Source: an uncultured Acidobacteriota bacterium (lineage in GTDB: Bacteria; Acidobacteriota; UBA6911). From it: 64,000 nucleotides of DNA. Position 1 is the first letter of the stretch. Every line of letters begins with the position of its first letter. The stretch spans positions 192,001-256,000 of the forward strand of contig CAWJKZ010000024.1 of assembly GCA_963843575.1 (NCBI GenBank), written 5' to 3'. A program made the position numbers and the translations under genes. Shown here one piece after another: positions 1 through 11,689 of the stretch. The notes beneath the pieces were generated by a model. That model was not told where the DNA came from and did no database searches. It worked only from the letters and a program-made list of their open reading frames with translations.

Positions 1-713
1 GGCCGCAGGACTCGATCGAGCAGGTCATGCTCGCCGGCGAGGCGGCGGAGGCCGCGCGCCAGGAGATCGGCGAGGACCTCCAGGACTGCAGCCTCATCGG
101 CCAGATGGTCCGCTACGAGATGCCGCCGGACTTGCGCCGGCAACTGCAGGTCGCCGCCCCTTCGCTCGGGCTGGCGTTGACCGGGCTGACCCGCCGCCCC
201 GAAATCAGGGTGAACCTCCTGCCGGCGGCGCTGCGCATCACGCAGACACGCTGGGCGTACGTACCCTCCGTGGTGCTCGGCCTGGCGGTGCTGGCCCTGG
301 CCGTGGCCCTCGGCTTCCGTCAAAACGTCCAGGAGCAGATGCTGACCCGCAAGCTGGACCGGGAGATCGAGTCGCTCAAGCCGCGGGTGGAGCAGGTGCA
401 GGCGGTGCGTACGCAGGCCGAAGCCCTCGAGAAGAGGACCGCGACGGTGGAAGACCTGCTGCGCCGGCGTGACTTGAATCTCGAGTTGCTCCAGGAACTC
501 ACCACCCTGCTGCCGGCCGACACCTATCTGACCTTGTTTCAAAACAGGGACGGCACGATCCAGCTCTCGGGGTTGAGCACTTCGGCCCCGGACCTGATCC
601 CGAAGCTCGAGAACTCCGCATTGTTGAAAGACGTCGTGCAGCGCGGCACGGTGTTCCGGGATCCCCAAAGCGGCAAGGACCGATTCAATTTCGAGGCGAA
701 GCTCCAGAGGTAA
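1..713 (+). CDS. PilN/GspL-like type II secretion / type IV pilus alignment protein (5' truncated by window)
   Basis: Single TM segment (WAYVPSVVLGLAVLALAVALG), coiled coil, then a PilN-like periplasmic domain (LLQELTTLLP...IQLSGLS...LENSALLKDV...FNFEAKL). Sits upstream of GspM-, GspC- and GspD-like genes. Confidence 0.7.
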   Translation, partial: PQDSIEQVMLAGEAAEAARQEIGEDLQDCSLIGQMVRYEMPPDLRRQLQVAAPSLGLALTGLTRRPEIRVNLLPAALRITQTRWAYVPSVVLGLAVLALAVALGFRQNVQEQMLTRKLDREIESLKPRVEQVQAVRTQAEALEKRTATVEDLLRRRDLNLELLQELTTLLPADTYLTLFQNRDGTIQLSGLSTSAPDLIPKLENSALLKDVVQRGTVFRDPQSGKDRFNFEAKLQR

Positions 714-716
714 GAC

Positions 717-1301
717 ATGAAGATCACTGCGCGCGAGAAGAAATTTCTGGTTGTCGGCGGGGGTAGCGTCGCGATGGCCGCCCTGATCTACGTCGCGCTC
801 GTGCTCATCCCGGCGGGGTCCGGCGCGACCGGCAGCGTCGAGCTCAAGAAGCGGATGCTGCTCAAGCAGAAGGAGACGCTGTTGCGCGAGCAGGAGTACA
901 AGACGCGGGTGGAGCAGTATCGGCAGCGCCTGACGAAGGATCTGACCCGCGTCCTGCCGTTCGACAACCCGACTATCGCGGCCGCCGACCTGCAGAGAGT
1001 CCTCAAAGAGATCGCCGACCGTAACGGGGTGGAGATCATCCGCAAGGACATCCAGCAGGAGAAGAAAGTCCAGGAGAACCTGGTCAAGGTCTCGGTAAAG
1101 ATCGAGACCAACTGCGTGCCGGACCAACTCGTCCAGTTTCTGGCGGCGATCGAGAACTACGACAAGTCCCTGACGGTCGACGAGCTGGTCATCAACAGCT
1201 TCCGCATCCAGAAAAAATACGAGATCCGGCCCATCGTGACCGTTTCGGGATACATCGTGGCCCCCCCGGCACCGCCTGCGGCGAAGCAGGTCGGGGTTTA
1301 G
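717..1301 (+). CDS. GspM/PilO-like type II secretion protein
   Basis: N-terminal 'ITAREK' motif plus TM, coiled coil and ferredoxin-like end (LVQFLAAIENYDKSLTVDELVI); 3 bp after the previous stop. Confidence 0.7.
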   Translation: MKITAREKKFLVVGGGSVAMAALIYVALVLIPAGSGATGSVELKKRMLLKQKETLLREQEYKTRVEQYRQRLTKDLTRVLPFDNPTIAAADLQRVLKEIADRNGVEIIRKDIQQEKKVQENLVKVSVKIETNCVPDQLVQFLAAIENYDKSLTVDELVINSFRIQKKYEIRPIVTVSGYIVAPPAPPAAKQVGV

Positions 1302-1325
1302 AGGCGCCGGAGAAGGCAAGGCCGT

Positions 1326-2214
1326 ATGAGCAAGAACCTGATTGCCGCAAACGTGCTGCTCCTCGTCGTGGCCGGCCTGCTGGGCTGGCGGCTGCACGGG
1401 TCGATCAAGCGGTTCGACGTGGAGAACGACATTTCGAAGATCCAGCCCGTCCGGGACGTCAAGAGCATGACGGTCGAGCAGGGGCTGGCTCCGGTCAAGC
1501 CGCCGCGCCAGTACAACGCCGGCGAGTTCGACGTCATCGCCGCGCAGAATCTGTTCTCGGAAACACGCGCGCGCGAGGAGAAGGTGGACCCGGCGGCGGC
1601 GGTGGCCCCCGAAACCCCTCCACTGGACGTAAAGCCCGTGCTGGTCGGAATCACCATCGCCGGTTCGCAGCGCAACGCACTCATCATTGATCCCTCGAGC
1701 GCCGCCGCCGGCCGGAAAACGCAGCGGCGCAAGCTGGGGGACAGCTATCGTGGCTACACGATCACCGACATCGGCGACAACAAGATGATCTTGCAGAACG
1801 GCAACCGCAGAGAGGTCATCCCGCTGTTTGACGGTTCCAAGCACCCGACCGGCGGCGGTAAGACGGCGATCCTGGCGACCCGCGTCGTCTCCTTCGGAGC
1901 GGGCGGCAGCAGCGGCGGCGGAGTCGGCGTCGTGGCGGCGGGCACGCCTCCCGGCCAGGCGGCGAGCGCGCGTCGCAGTGCCCGGGCAGGCCCAGTCCGG
2001 CGTCACCACTGTGGTGGGGCCGTCGCAAGCCGCCACGCAGCAGGGCGGACAGAGCAGCGTAACCCGCGGATCGCAACAGCAGACAACCCGGCAGGCTCCA
2101 GGTGCTTCCGGTACTTCTCCCGCGTGGAACGAACGGACAGACGATCAGGGGCGGCGCGTGATTCGGACCCCCTTCGGAGACATCGTCCGCCCGGAGAAGG
2201 CCAACAACCCCTAA
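1326..2214 (+). CDS. GspC/PilP-like type II secretion protein, frameshift near 1965
   Basis: N-terminal TM, NLF motif, 'LVGITIAGSQRNALIID...KLGDSYRGYTITDI' HR-like domain. The C-terminus continues in the 1828..2214 frame (RRVIRTPFGDIVRP). Confidence 0.6.
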
Positions 2215-2232
2215 CAAACTAAGGAAGATCAC

Positions 2233-4886
2233 GTGTCCACCCAAAGATCTTGGATCCCCGGCCTCATTCTCCTGCTGTCGCTGACGGCAAGCGGTCGACC
2301 TGCGCCGCCCCAGGAGCCCCCAAGCCAGAATCGGCCCACCATGAACGAGCAGGAACGCCGCAAGGTGATGGAGCGCCTGCTGGAACAGATGAAGCGCCCC
2401 GGAGCCGATGCCCAGCAGGGCATCCGCCCCGCGCCCGAGCAGCCGCCGCAGGGATCCGCGCCGGTGCCGACCGTCGTCCAGCGGGCGCCCATCGGCAGCG
2501 ACCAGGTGCAGCTCACCTACGACAACGCCGACCTCTACGAGTTCGTGAACCAGATTGCCGACACCCTGGGGATCACCCCCATCGTGATCGATCCCGAGGT
2601 CAAGGGGACCGTCACGATTCACAGCTCCGCGCCGATGTCCAAGGAAGACATCTTCCCGCTCTTCAACCTCATCCTCAAAAACAACAACGCCGCGCTCGTC
2701 AAACAGGGTAACATCTACCAGATCGTCCCGACGTCGGCCGCCCTCAAACGGGGGCTCGAGATCATCGACCACCTGCCGCCCGTGGCTCCCCCGCGCACCT
2801 CCCAAGGAGCAGCACGAACTGCCGAAGGGGAACGGGACGTCGGCCGCCGACCACGGCGCCCGCGCAACAGCCGCCGGCCGGCACTGCCCCCAAGACTCCA
2901 CCGCAGCCCAGGCCGTCCACAGTCCCGCAGGCCGTGCCCGTGACGCCCCAGGCCCCGTCCGAGCCGCGCCCGCGGCGGCCCCGGGGCAGGCCGCAGCCGC
3001 CCCCGCCGTGCCCCGGCTGGCCACGCACGTCCTTCGAGTGGAGTTTGTCCCGGTCCGCGACCTCATCGAGCCGCTGAAGCTGTTCATGACCGACGGGGGC
3101 GTGATCATGCCCTACGACCGGCTGAACATGCTGATCGTGACCGACTACAGCGACAGCGTCGCCAAGGTCATGGAGATCATTCGCCTCCTCGACGACAATT
3201 ATCTCAACGCGGACCTTATCGAACTCATCAAAATCAGATACAACGCCTCGCGCCGACGTCGTCGAGGACCTGAAGAAGATATTCGGTGCCGGCACGAAAG
3301 AGTCGACGACCGGCATTTATTTCGTTTCGCTCGACCGCGTGAACTCCATCCTCGTCATGGCCAATTCCAAACGCGCCCTCGAAGAGGTGAAGCGCTGGAT
3401 CAAGGAACTGGATGCGACCACCGGTCGAAGCGTGCAGACGTTCGTCTACACCGTCGAGAACTCCACCGCCTCCAATATCGCCATGATCCTGTTCGGCCCT
3501 GTACGGCGGTGAAGGCGGGAGCTCGGGCGTCCGGCGGCTCGGAACGGGGCAGCTCCGGCCCGTACGGCGTCGGCAGGCTCGGGACCGGCACTCAGGGCGG
3601 CTGGTCGGGGGAACCACGGCCACGCCGTTCGGCAACACGAACGATCGGCGGCTTCGGGTCGACGGGGTACCGGCAGCACGTACGGCGGCGGCAGCTTCGC
3701 TCCGGGGCTTTCGGCCAGGGCTCGAGCATGTACGGCGGCGGCATGTACGGCGGCGGCGGCTTCGGGGGAGGCGGCTTTCGGCGGCGGGTGGCTTCGGCGG
3801 CGGCGGATTCTACGGCGGCGGCCAGCAGCTGGGCCCGCGCCTGAATCAGAGCTCCGGCGTCTCGTCGCAGATCCTGCGCGGGGGAGCATTCTCCGGCCTG
3901 CAGGACACCGTGCGCATCGTCACCGACGACATGAACAACTCGCTGATCGTGCAGGCCAGCGCTGCCGACTACGCCTATATCGCGGAGATCATCCGAAACT
4001 GGACGTGCTTCCGCGCCAGGCGATCATCGACGCGCGCATCTTCGAGGTGGACCTGACCGACGCGCTTCAGCTTCGGCGTCGCCGCCACCCTGCAGGCGAA
4101 AAGCGGCGAGCACCTGACGACCGCCGCGAAGTCGGCCACCACCGGGGCCCTGAGCACCAGCACGTTCGCATTCATCGGCAATGCCAGGGAGATCCTGCTG
4201 AACATCGACGCCCTGCGTCAGAAAACGAAGGTCAGGATACTGGAGGCCCCTTCAGTGCTGGCGCTCGACGGGACGATGGCCCGGATCACCGTCGGCGGCG
4301 AGGTCCCATACCCCGGTGGAAGCTACATCGGCGCCGCCGGCGGGACGGCGACGAGCGTCCAGTACCGCGACACTGGCATCTCGCTCATCGTCATGCCGCG
4401 GATTTCGGCGTCGGGCACCGTGACCCTCGATGTCGCCCAGGAAATCAGCAGCGCGGGCGCGCCGACGAACGACGGGCCCAACGTTCAACAAGACGAGCGT
4501 CGCGACTACGCTGGCGGTGCGCGACGGGGAGACGGTGGCCATCGCCGGCCTTATCCGCGACTCCAACAATATAGCGCGCAGCGGTGTGCCGTTTTTCTCC
4601 GAGATCCCGCTGCTCGGAAGCCTCTTCGGCCGTACCAACCGGAGCGCCAACCGGAGCAGAACTGCTGATCCTCATCACCCCGCACGTCATCCGTAATCCT
4701 GAACGTTTCCAGGAGATGACCCAGGAGCTCAAGGACTCGCTCCGCAATGTCCGCAAGCTGGTCGATCAAAAGAAGGAAGAGCACGTCGAGGACGTCGAGG
4801 ATGCCCGCAAGGACCGCGTCCGCGAACGCGAGAAGCAGCAGAAGAGCCAGGAGCCCCAGCCCGCGGAGAAGCCGCCGCAGCCGTAG
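2233..4886 (+). CDS. gspD: Type II secretion secretin GspD, several frameshifts (probable sequencing errors)
   Basis: Signal peptide; N0 domain (LTYDNADLYEFVNQIA...IDPEVKGTVTI); secretin motifs across frames (IIDARIFEVDL, ARITVGGEVP, YRDTGISLIVMPRIS, GETVAIAGLI, GVPFFSEIPLLGSLF, ELLILITPHVI). Confidence 0.85.
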
Positions 4887-4888
4887 CA

Positions 4889-4965
4889 TGGAGTGCGGCG
4901 GCTCGACGCCGACGCGGATCTCGGTCTCGAAATGCGGCGTCGAGCCGTCGAGCCGCCGCACTCCA
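4889..4965. repeat. REP-like inverted repeat pair, family A (TGGAGTGCGGCGGCTCGACGCCG ... CGTCGAGCCGCCGCACTCCA)
   Basis: Inverted arms directly after the gspD stop. Related copies at 13163, 22348, 25447, 42701, 53681 and 55123. Confidence 0.8.
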
Positions 4966-5027
4966 CATTCTGCGCTGCAAAAAACCGCTCTCCGTGTTTG
5001 GATCTTCGTATTACACTCGCGGGCATC

Positions 5028-6215
5028 ATGGCACATCTGGTCCGGCTCGAGGTGAATGCGGGGCGCAGCGACGCGGTCGAGTTCCGAGTGCGGAACTGCG
5101 CGGTCGACCGGCTGCAGGGCGTCACCCTCGCGCTGGAGGGCCAATCGGTCGAACTGGGCGAGATCGCAGCCGGGGAATCCCGGCTGCCGGTGGTCGCCGC
5201 CGCGGCCGGCTCCTCGGTCGAGCTGGTCGTGGACAACCACGTGTACCGCGGGCGGATCGATCTCGAGCTGAACATCCACCGCCTCGAAAGCTACGCCGGC
5301 AACGACCTCGCCGGCATGCTGAGGAGCGCGGGCGACGAGCGCGAGCTCAACGAGGACCGGGTGCGGGAACGGATCGCCCGGGGCGAGCCGTGGTGGGTCG
5401 ATGTCGGGCTGGAGCTCGACGAGGCGGAGACCTCGCGCCGGTCGACCGAGTCGCGAAGTTTCTTCTGCGTCCCTGATGCGCCCTGCCCTGCTCGCGCATC
5501 CAAGGCGCTGCTGGAGAGCGCGGACCCGGCGGAGCCGCGGCGCATCTTCCTCTACTCGTCGCCCGAGGTCCGCTTCGGGCGCAACACGCAGAAGAACGAC
5601 GCCGTGCTGCGCTTCCTCCCGGATTTCTTCGGCGACGAGCGCAGCAAGACCATCAGCAGCGAGCAGTTCGTCGCCCGCTCGGCCGGCGAGGGCTGCACCC
5701 TCACGCTGTCGCCGCAGGGGCGCGCCCCCCTGACCTGCAACGGGAAGGTGGTCGAGCAGGGCAAGCAGTTGCCGCTCGCGACCGGGGACGAGATCAGGAT
5801 CGGGGCGCACGAATTCACACTCAGGGTTTATTGCGAGCCGCGCACGAACGACCACGGCTGGCTGCGCACCCGTGAACTGGCCTTGCGGCTGGATCCGGGC
5901 GACGATCATTTCGCCGCCTGCCCCTGGGATTTCGTGAGTTTCTCGCGCACCGCGAACGGCCCCGAGGAGGAGTACTGCTGGCTCTTCCGGAAAGCGGACA
6001 TCGGCTGGGCACCCGGCGCAGGCCTCCGGCTCGGGCAGCCGGGGGCGCGCCTGTCATTCTGGAACGGGCGCTACTATGTCGAGGCCACCGATCCCGCCAG
6101 GGAGGTGAAAGTGGGCGGCCGCCGGCTGCTCCCGCGCGAAGCGGCGTGCCTCGGGACCGAGACGGAAATCGCGCTCGGCACGCGGACGTTTCGCTGGACC
6201 CTGGTGCAGGCATGA
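5028..6215 (+). CDS. FHA-domain protein (two FHA-like domains)
   Basis: ATG at 5028; the track start at 4893 lies inside the repeat. FHA-like 'VRFGRNTQKND...TISSEQ...CNGKVV...LATGDEIRIG' and a second degenerate FHA-like C-terminal domain (VKVGGRRL...LGTETEIALG). Confidence 0.65.
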   Translation: MAHLVRLEVNAGRSDAVEFRVRNCAVDRLQGVTLALEGQSVELGEIAAGESRLPVVAAAAGSSVELVVDNHVYRGRIDLELNIHRLESYAGNDLAGMLRSAGDERELNEDRVRERIARGEPWWVDVGLELDEAETSRRSTESRSFFCVPDAPCPARASKALLESADPAEPRRIFLYSSPEVRFGRNTQKNDAVLRFLPDFFGDERSKTISSEQFVARSAGEGCTLTLSPQGRAPLTCNGKVVEQGKQLPLATGDEIRIGAHEFTLRVYCEPRTNDHGWLRTRELALRLDPGDDHFAACPWDFVSFSRTANGPEEEYCWLFRKADIGWAPGAGLRLGQPGARLSFWNGRYYVEATDPAREVKVGGRRLLPREAACLGTETEIALGTRTFRWTLVQA

Positions 6216-6917
6216 GAGACCACTTGCCCCGGATCGCCGGCGCGGTCCTGTTCGTGGCCGGGTTCATCCTGCTGGTGACATCCCCTCCCCGGGAGCAATT
6301 CAACGCGCTGCGGCTGTATTTCTCGCTGGGCTGCTTCGTGGCCGGATACCTGCTGGTGCTCGGGCTGATCGGGACGGACCCCGTCGCCGCGCGCGTGCGG
6401 CGCGAGCCGCCTGCCGCCGCCCGCGCCGGACCGTCTGTGTCCCGTCGAGGAACAGATCTTTCCCTACACCGCGACACCCGGGCGCCGGGCGCTGGCGGTC
6501 GGGTCCGGGATCGCGCTCGCGCTGCCGCTCTTGTTTGGCGCGGGCTGGGTTTTCCGCGCGATCCCCGGCAGCCCCCTCGACCGCGCGACGGCGGCGTTCC
6601 CGCTCTTCCTCGGTGCGGCGGTCTGCGGCTGGTGCCCGGTGCGCTGGTCCGGGATGTACGTGAAGGCCGATCGGCAAGGTCTGACCGCGCGGCTGTACTT
6701 TCGCACCGTCTCGCTACGCTGGGAGGACGTGGAGGTCCTGGTCGCGCGCGAGCGCCGGACCCCGACGCTTGTTCTATCCGTCCCGCTGCTCGTGCCGCTC
6801 GAGACCGTTTATACGGTGTACTCCAGGGATTCGATGCTCTACTTCACCGCCCGTCTCCCCGGAAAGGACCGGCTGGCCGCCCTCATCGCCGAGGCGACGG
6901 GCCTCCGCTGGCAGTAG
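6212..6917 (+). CDS. Membrane protein with C-terminal bacterial PH-like domain, frameshift near 6440-6470
   Basis: ATGA overlap with the FHA gene; several hydrophobic segments; 'YVKADRQGLTARLYFRTVSLRWEDVE' resembles a bPH domain. Confidence 0.45.
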
Positions 6918-6923
6918 CCGCCG

Positions 6924-9900
6924 CTATTTCAGCACGAAGCTGACGGTGACCTTCCACGAGCCGTCCCCGGAAAAGACGTGTTCGCCGCTTCCGCGCGCCT
7001 CGTCCGAGGTGTAGGTCCCGGTGACCTTGAATTCCCCGAGCTGAGGTTCTTCGGGCTGCAGCCGCCAGAAATAGAACGTGAAATTCCCCTTTCCGTCGTG
7101 GGTGCCGGTCAAGTCAACGAGCTCGGTCACTTTGACCTCGCAGGTGAGCCACGCGGGGGGTGGGATGCAGTTCGCCTGCGGCATCGGCAGGAGCGGCGAC
7201 GACGTCCGTGCGGTCACGGTGCCGTTGTCGTGCAGCGTCAGGGTGATGGGCAAGACTCCCGCTGCATGACCCTGTCGGGGTACACCCGTAGCTCGACGCG
7301 CGACGTGTACGTCCGATCCACCTGCATGTTCCCCGAGAACTCGAGCTCGCCGGCCTTGACCAGGATCGTCGCGGTGGCCTGTGCCGTCACCGAGTTGGCC
7401 GAGGCGGTGAACCGGATCGTCTTGAGCCCGGACTGCGGGGGCGTGACTTCGGTGCCGAAGGTGTATGCGCCCTCTTGGGCGTTGCCGTACAACTCGAGCG
7501 CCGCCGGGCCCCCGATCGCGCTCAGATCGGCGACCACGGAAGTGGCCCCGAGAGAGTTGCACGAGATCCGCACGCTATTTCGCCTGTTGATGTACAGATC
7601 GCCGGCCGCGGCGGCATCGGTGATCACCAGGTTCACCCGCACGGTGGCGTAAGCCGTGACCGAGTCGCCGGTGCTGCTCGACCCGTAGAATTTCACCTGC
7701 CTGTCCCCCGGGGTCGCCGGCCGGACGCTGATCGCCGAAGCGGGCGCCCAGATGTCGTCCTGTGTCGCGGGGTCCTTTCCCGTGCGGACGAACTCTATGA
7801 CGGCAGGCCCGCCGATGGACGTCGCGTCGGCGCGGACGATGTTGATGCCGCGGGTCGTGCACCGGAGCGTGACCTGCCCGTTCCTGCCGGTTTCGAGCGC
7901 CGCCGCGGGCGTGGCGCTGGCGCCGGTGATGGCGAGCGTCGCGGTTCCCACCTGCACCGATTCGTAGTGCGAATACGACAGCACCGAATGGAAGGTCGTG
8001 AACATCGCGTCCTCGATGATCCAATTCAGCCCCGTGAGGATGTCGAGGGCCGTGTTGACGGCTTCCCCCGTTCCGGCGGTGCCGGCCGCTGCCGCGCACC
8101 CCACGATACTGTGGATGGTGCTCTTGAGCGCCGCGTCGTACAGCTGGTCTGCCGCTCCCTGGTCCCCGGTGAGCCACTCCACGTACTTGTGCCTGCAGGA
8201 ACCGCGGCAATCCCGGACTGGACGGCGATGTCCGCACATTCGGTGAGCGATCCCAATCCCGCGATGGCTCGTACGCCTTCCATCGTGAAGTAGAAGAAAT
8301 CCAGGACCGTCACGGTCGCCAGGACCTGCGCGTCCGCGAGGCTGACCCCGCGCAGCTCGGCCGGCAGTCCCCGGCTCTTGTAGAAGGGTATCGCGCGTGA
8401 AAACGAGCCGTAGGTCTTCACGACACCGGACGGATTGGCCCGCACCACCGCGCCGGTCTCGTTGCCGTAAAGCTTGGTGGCCCCCCCTCCCATGTATTCC
8501 AGGAACTTGTCGAGAAAATCGAACAGCTCGGTGGGAATCGTGCTGGCCCGCAACGGGAGGTAGCGGGCGACTTCGCCTGTGAAGTCTCCCTTGGCCGCAG
8601 CCCATCGCCGGGTGGTATTCACGCCGTCGGATCAGCAGGGCGGTTTCCTGTCCTTCGTAGGTCAGGTCGACTCCTGTTTTCATGGAGATCCTGTCGGCTC
8701 CGCCGGGGAACACTCCTTCCCGGAGAATTTCTCCTGCGGCACTGGGGGCGGAGGCACCGCCGCTCAGCCCCGTCAGGAAATAGCCGACCGCCCTCCGTGA
8801 GTTCTGATCCGAAAGCGCCGCGTTCCCCAGCGCGGGGTGATACAGGTAGGCCTTGCCGTTCTTGATGATCGCGACGAGGGATTCAGGCGCCAGGGCGGCG
8901 GTGTTTTGATAGGACTGTCCCTGGGAGATGATCGTGGCCCCGGGGGCGATCACGACGCCGTTGGAGTACCCGGCGCTGCCGTCGGGGACGTCGACGCCTC
9001 GAGCCCGGATGCCCGCGGCGAAAGCGTCCAGGGTCGTGAGATCGGCGGCGAGGTTGAGCTGGAAAGCCACGATGGGCTGGTCGGAGGAATAGTGCACGCT
9101 GGTGTACTCGGGCGTCTCGGGAGGGAAAAACTCAAAGGTGAATCCCAGCTGCTTCGCAAAAGGTGCTACCTGCGTCGTCCGTGAAATGACGGTTCTACCC
9201 TGGTCGTCGAATGCGGTCAGGGTCACGTTCGCCTTCGTGCCGGAAACGTTCACGAAGGCGATGCCGGTGTAGGAGAACTTCTCCACGCTGGGGAAAATCC
9301 CTTCCTTGGAGCTGATGTTCACCCCGGTGTAGCCTGCCATCATGTCGCCGTTCTGAGCGGCGAACAGCTCGAAGCCGGTGACCGGCACGCTCCCTTCGAC
9401 CTCGAGCCAGGCGGCTTCCTGGGGCAGGCCCAGGGTGCTGAGCAGCCCGATATAGCGTTGGCGCGGCTTCAGCGTCCGGGTCACTTCCGGGCAGGGAGGT
9501 CCCGTCGTAGCGGTGCGGTGTGATGCGCAGCCGGCAATCGACCGCGGCGGGATTGAAGACCACGATGCCGGTCCACCAGAAGTCGTCCTGCGCAAGGTGT
9601 GGGAAGAAGAGGCGGTTCGCGGTTTCGTCTTCCAGCAGCAGCCCGTCGAGAAGGGCGGGGCCGGTCTGGTTCGTGCTGCCAAACAGTTCGGTGCCGACGA
9701 TCCCGGCGCCGTTCTTCACGATGGCCGACTCGAGAGCCGGCTGGGGTTGACCCCCGAACCACTCCTGCACCTGCGCGTAGAATCGCCCGTGCGCGGGCAG
9801 GTCCACCGATTTCGTCGCCCCGTTGTTGAATTCGATCGTCAGCTGCTTGGGATAGGGCGTTGTGTTGACGAGGCTGATGCCCGTCCACCAGTCGGCGAGC

Positions 9901-10320
9901 GAGGCGATGTGGGTGATGTAGAAGTCGCCCGTGTTGGGTTTGGCGGCTGCGGCGATCGAGGCCAGTGCGCGGCCCGGGGTCCCCACGCGCGCGAAGCCGC
10001 TCACGGTCAGCGACGGCGATTCAAAAACGACATAGCCGATGTTCGCGATGCCCGGGAAGATCTCTTCCAGCCCGCGCTTGACGCGCGCATTCGGTGCGAG
10101 CGTCACCGGCGCCGATTCCGCCAGCATCAACCCGGCGTCGGAGAAGGCCCTGAACGTCCCCCTGACCGGATCGGCGGCGCTCGTGTTTGCGACGCAGATC
10201 TCGGTGCTCCACCCGGTGCGGGATGACGGCGTGAGGATAGTGCAGCGCCGCGCCCGCGTCACGGGCCGAGGCCAGAGTCAAGAGCACGAACGAGACAATG
10301 ACGGTAAAGCATCGCAGCAT
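6924..10320 (-). CDS. Large secreted protein with four tandem beta-sandwich repeats, several frameshifts
   Basis: Signal peptide (MLRCFTVIVSFVLLTLASA). Repeats LHYPH..WSTEICVAN, FYITHIA..WWTGISLVN, LFFPHLAQ..WWTGIVVFN, IFPSVE..YTGIAFVN across ORFs 10021..10320, 9195..10262 and 7238..9682; continues through 8026..8622 and 6924..7562. Confidence 0.6.
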
Positions 10321-10393
10321 GGCTTGCTCCGCTCCACATCTCTGGGTTCAATGCCCTCCAACCATCCGTGCAATCCGCGCAAATCCGCGTCCT

Positions 10394-11548
10394 CTAGCGG
10401 CCGGCGACCTTGAGGCCGGCAAGCAACCACTTCGGCAGATCGGAGACACTCTTCCCGTGCGATTTCAGGAAGCGCGCCATGCGCTCGGGGTACTGGCGTT
10501 TCGGGAAGAGGAAGTCGAGCGAGTTTTCCAGGCCGATCCGGGCCATCCGCTCCTCCCCGAGCTGCAGGAACGGCTTGACGTAATCGGTTTCGCGCCAGGT
10601 GTGGCGCGTCATGGACCAGTCAGTCCCGAAGATGATGCGCTTGCCCGCGAGGTGGTCCTTGTCGAGCAGGTTTTTCAGAACTTCGAAGTACGGCCCGCTC
10701 GTCGATCGCTCAAGCGCCTGGCGGTTGTAGGCGAGGTCCGCGTAGACGTTGGGGTACTTCCAGATCAGGTCGCGGATCTGGCAGGACCACGAGCCAGGAT
10801 CCTTGATCTGGGCGAGGTCCCCGCCGAAGTGCGCCAGGTTGAGGTAGAGGTCGGGATACTTCTTCAGGACGCCGGCCCAGACGGCGGGTCGCGTGAACTC
10901 GCTGCGCACTTCCTTCACCTTGAGGACGTCGTTGCTGTAAGCGCCGCCCGGGGAGCAGTGCGTTGTGATCGGGATTTGGTTCCTGGCGCAGTAGTCGTAG
11001 ATCTTGTTCAGATCGTCGTTGGTCTGCGGATCGTTGTAGACCGAGTCCGGGTCGGGGTGATAGCCGAGCGCCGGGTACATTTTGATCCCGAGAAAGCCGA
11101 GCTCCTCGAGGCAGCGCCGGGTGAGGTCCGCGGCGCGGGTGCGGCGCGGATCCACCATAGCGAAGGGCATCAGGGCACCGAAGTGCTCGATCGATATGTC
11201 CGAGATCAGCTTCAGCTGGTAGTTGTAGGGGATCTGCGGGTTGTCGGTGAAGGTGGCGCGCCCCATGTCGACGATGAGCGGGACCGCGAGCTGGATGCCG
11301 GCGGCTTCCATCTCCTGCCGCAGCCGGAGCGCGACCTCGTGTATGTCCATCTTCATGAGGTCGTACACCTCGTGCAGGCGGCGCAGCTTCCTGCGCGGCA
11401 TGGACCCGGCGATCACGCGGACCAGCGGGCGGGTGCTGCCGTGGCGGAGCATCCACTCGAGCGCGGCCGACCGGCTCTTGAAGCACGCCGGCGAGATGAA
11501 CTGGTAGTTGAGCAGGTGACAGTGGGCGTTGATGAGTTTGGCGGGCAT
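10394..11548 (-). CDS. Amidohydrolase_2 family metal-dependent hydrolase
   Basis: HxH motif (INAHCH), GFLGIKMYP, PITTHCS, LAHFGG, YADLAY, IIFGTDW. Confidence 0.85.
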   Translation of the reverse strand: MPAKLINAHCHLLNYQFISPACFKSRSAALEWMLRHGSTRPLVRVIAGSMPRRKLRRLHEVYDLMKMDIHEVALRLRQEMEAAGIQLAVPLIVDMGRATFTDNPQIPYNYQLKLISDISIEHFGALMPFAMVDPRRTRAADLTRRCLEELGFLGIKMYPALGYHPDPDSVYNDPQTNDDLNKIYDYCARNQIPITTHCSPGGAYSNDVLKVKEVRSEFTRPAVWAGVLKKYPDLYLNLAHFGGDLAQIKDPGSWSCQIRDLIWKYPNVYADLAYNRQALERSTSGPYFEVLKNLLDKDHLAGKRIIFGTDWSMTRHTWRETDYVKPFLQLGEERMARIGLENSLDFLFPKRQYPERMARFLKSHGKSVSDLPKWLLAGLKVAGR

Positions 11549-11634
11549 GATTGGCTATCATAAAACAAAAAGCGTACGGCGGAGGATGCGGAAATCTCCG
11601 GCCGTTTTCCCTGACACGTTTTCCCGTTCAATTG

Positions 11635-11643
11635 TGCTATAAG
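11635..11643 (+). promoter_or_regulatory. Possible extended -10 promoter (TGcTATAAG) for the ESCRT-like operon
   Basis: Lies in the AT-richer divergent intergenic region 11549-11689; no convincing -35. Confidence 0.3.
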
Positions 11644-11689
11644 GGGGCGTTCGCAAAACAAGTCAGCTCGAAGGGTTACCGCAATCGCC

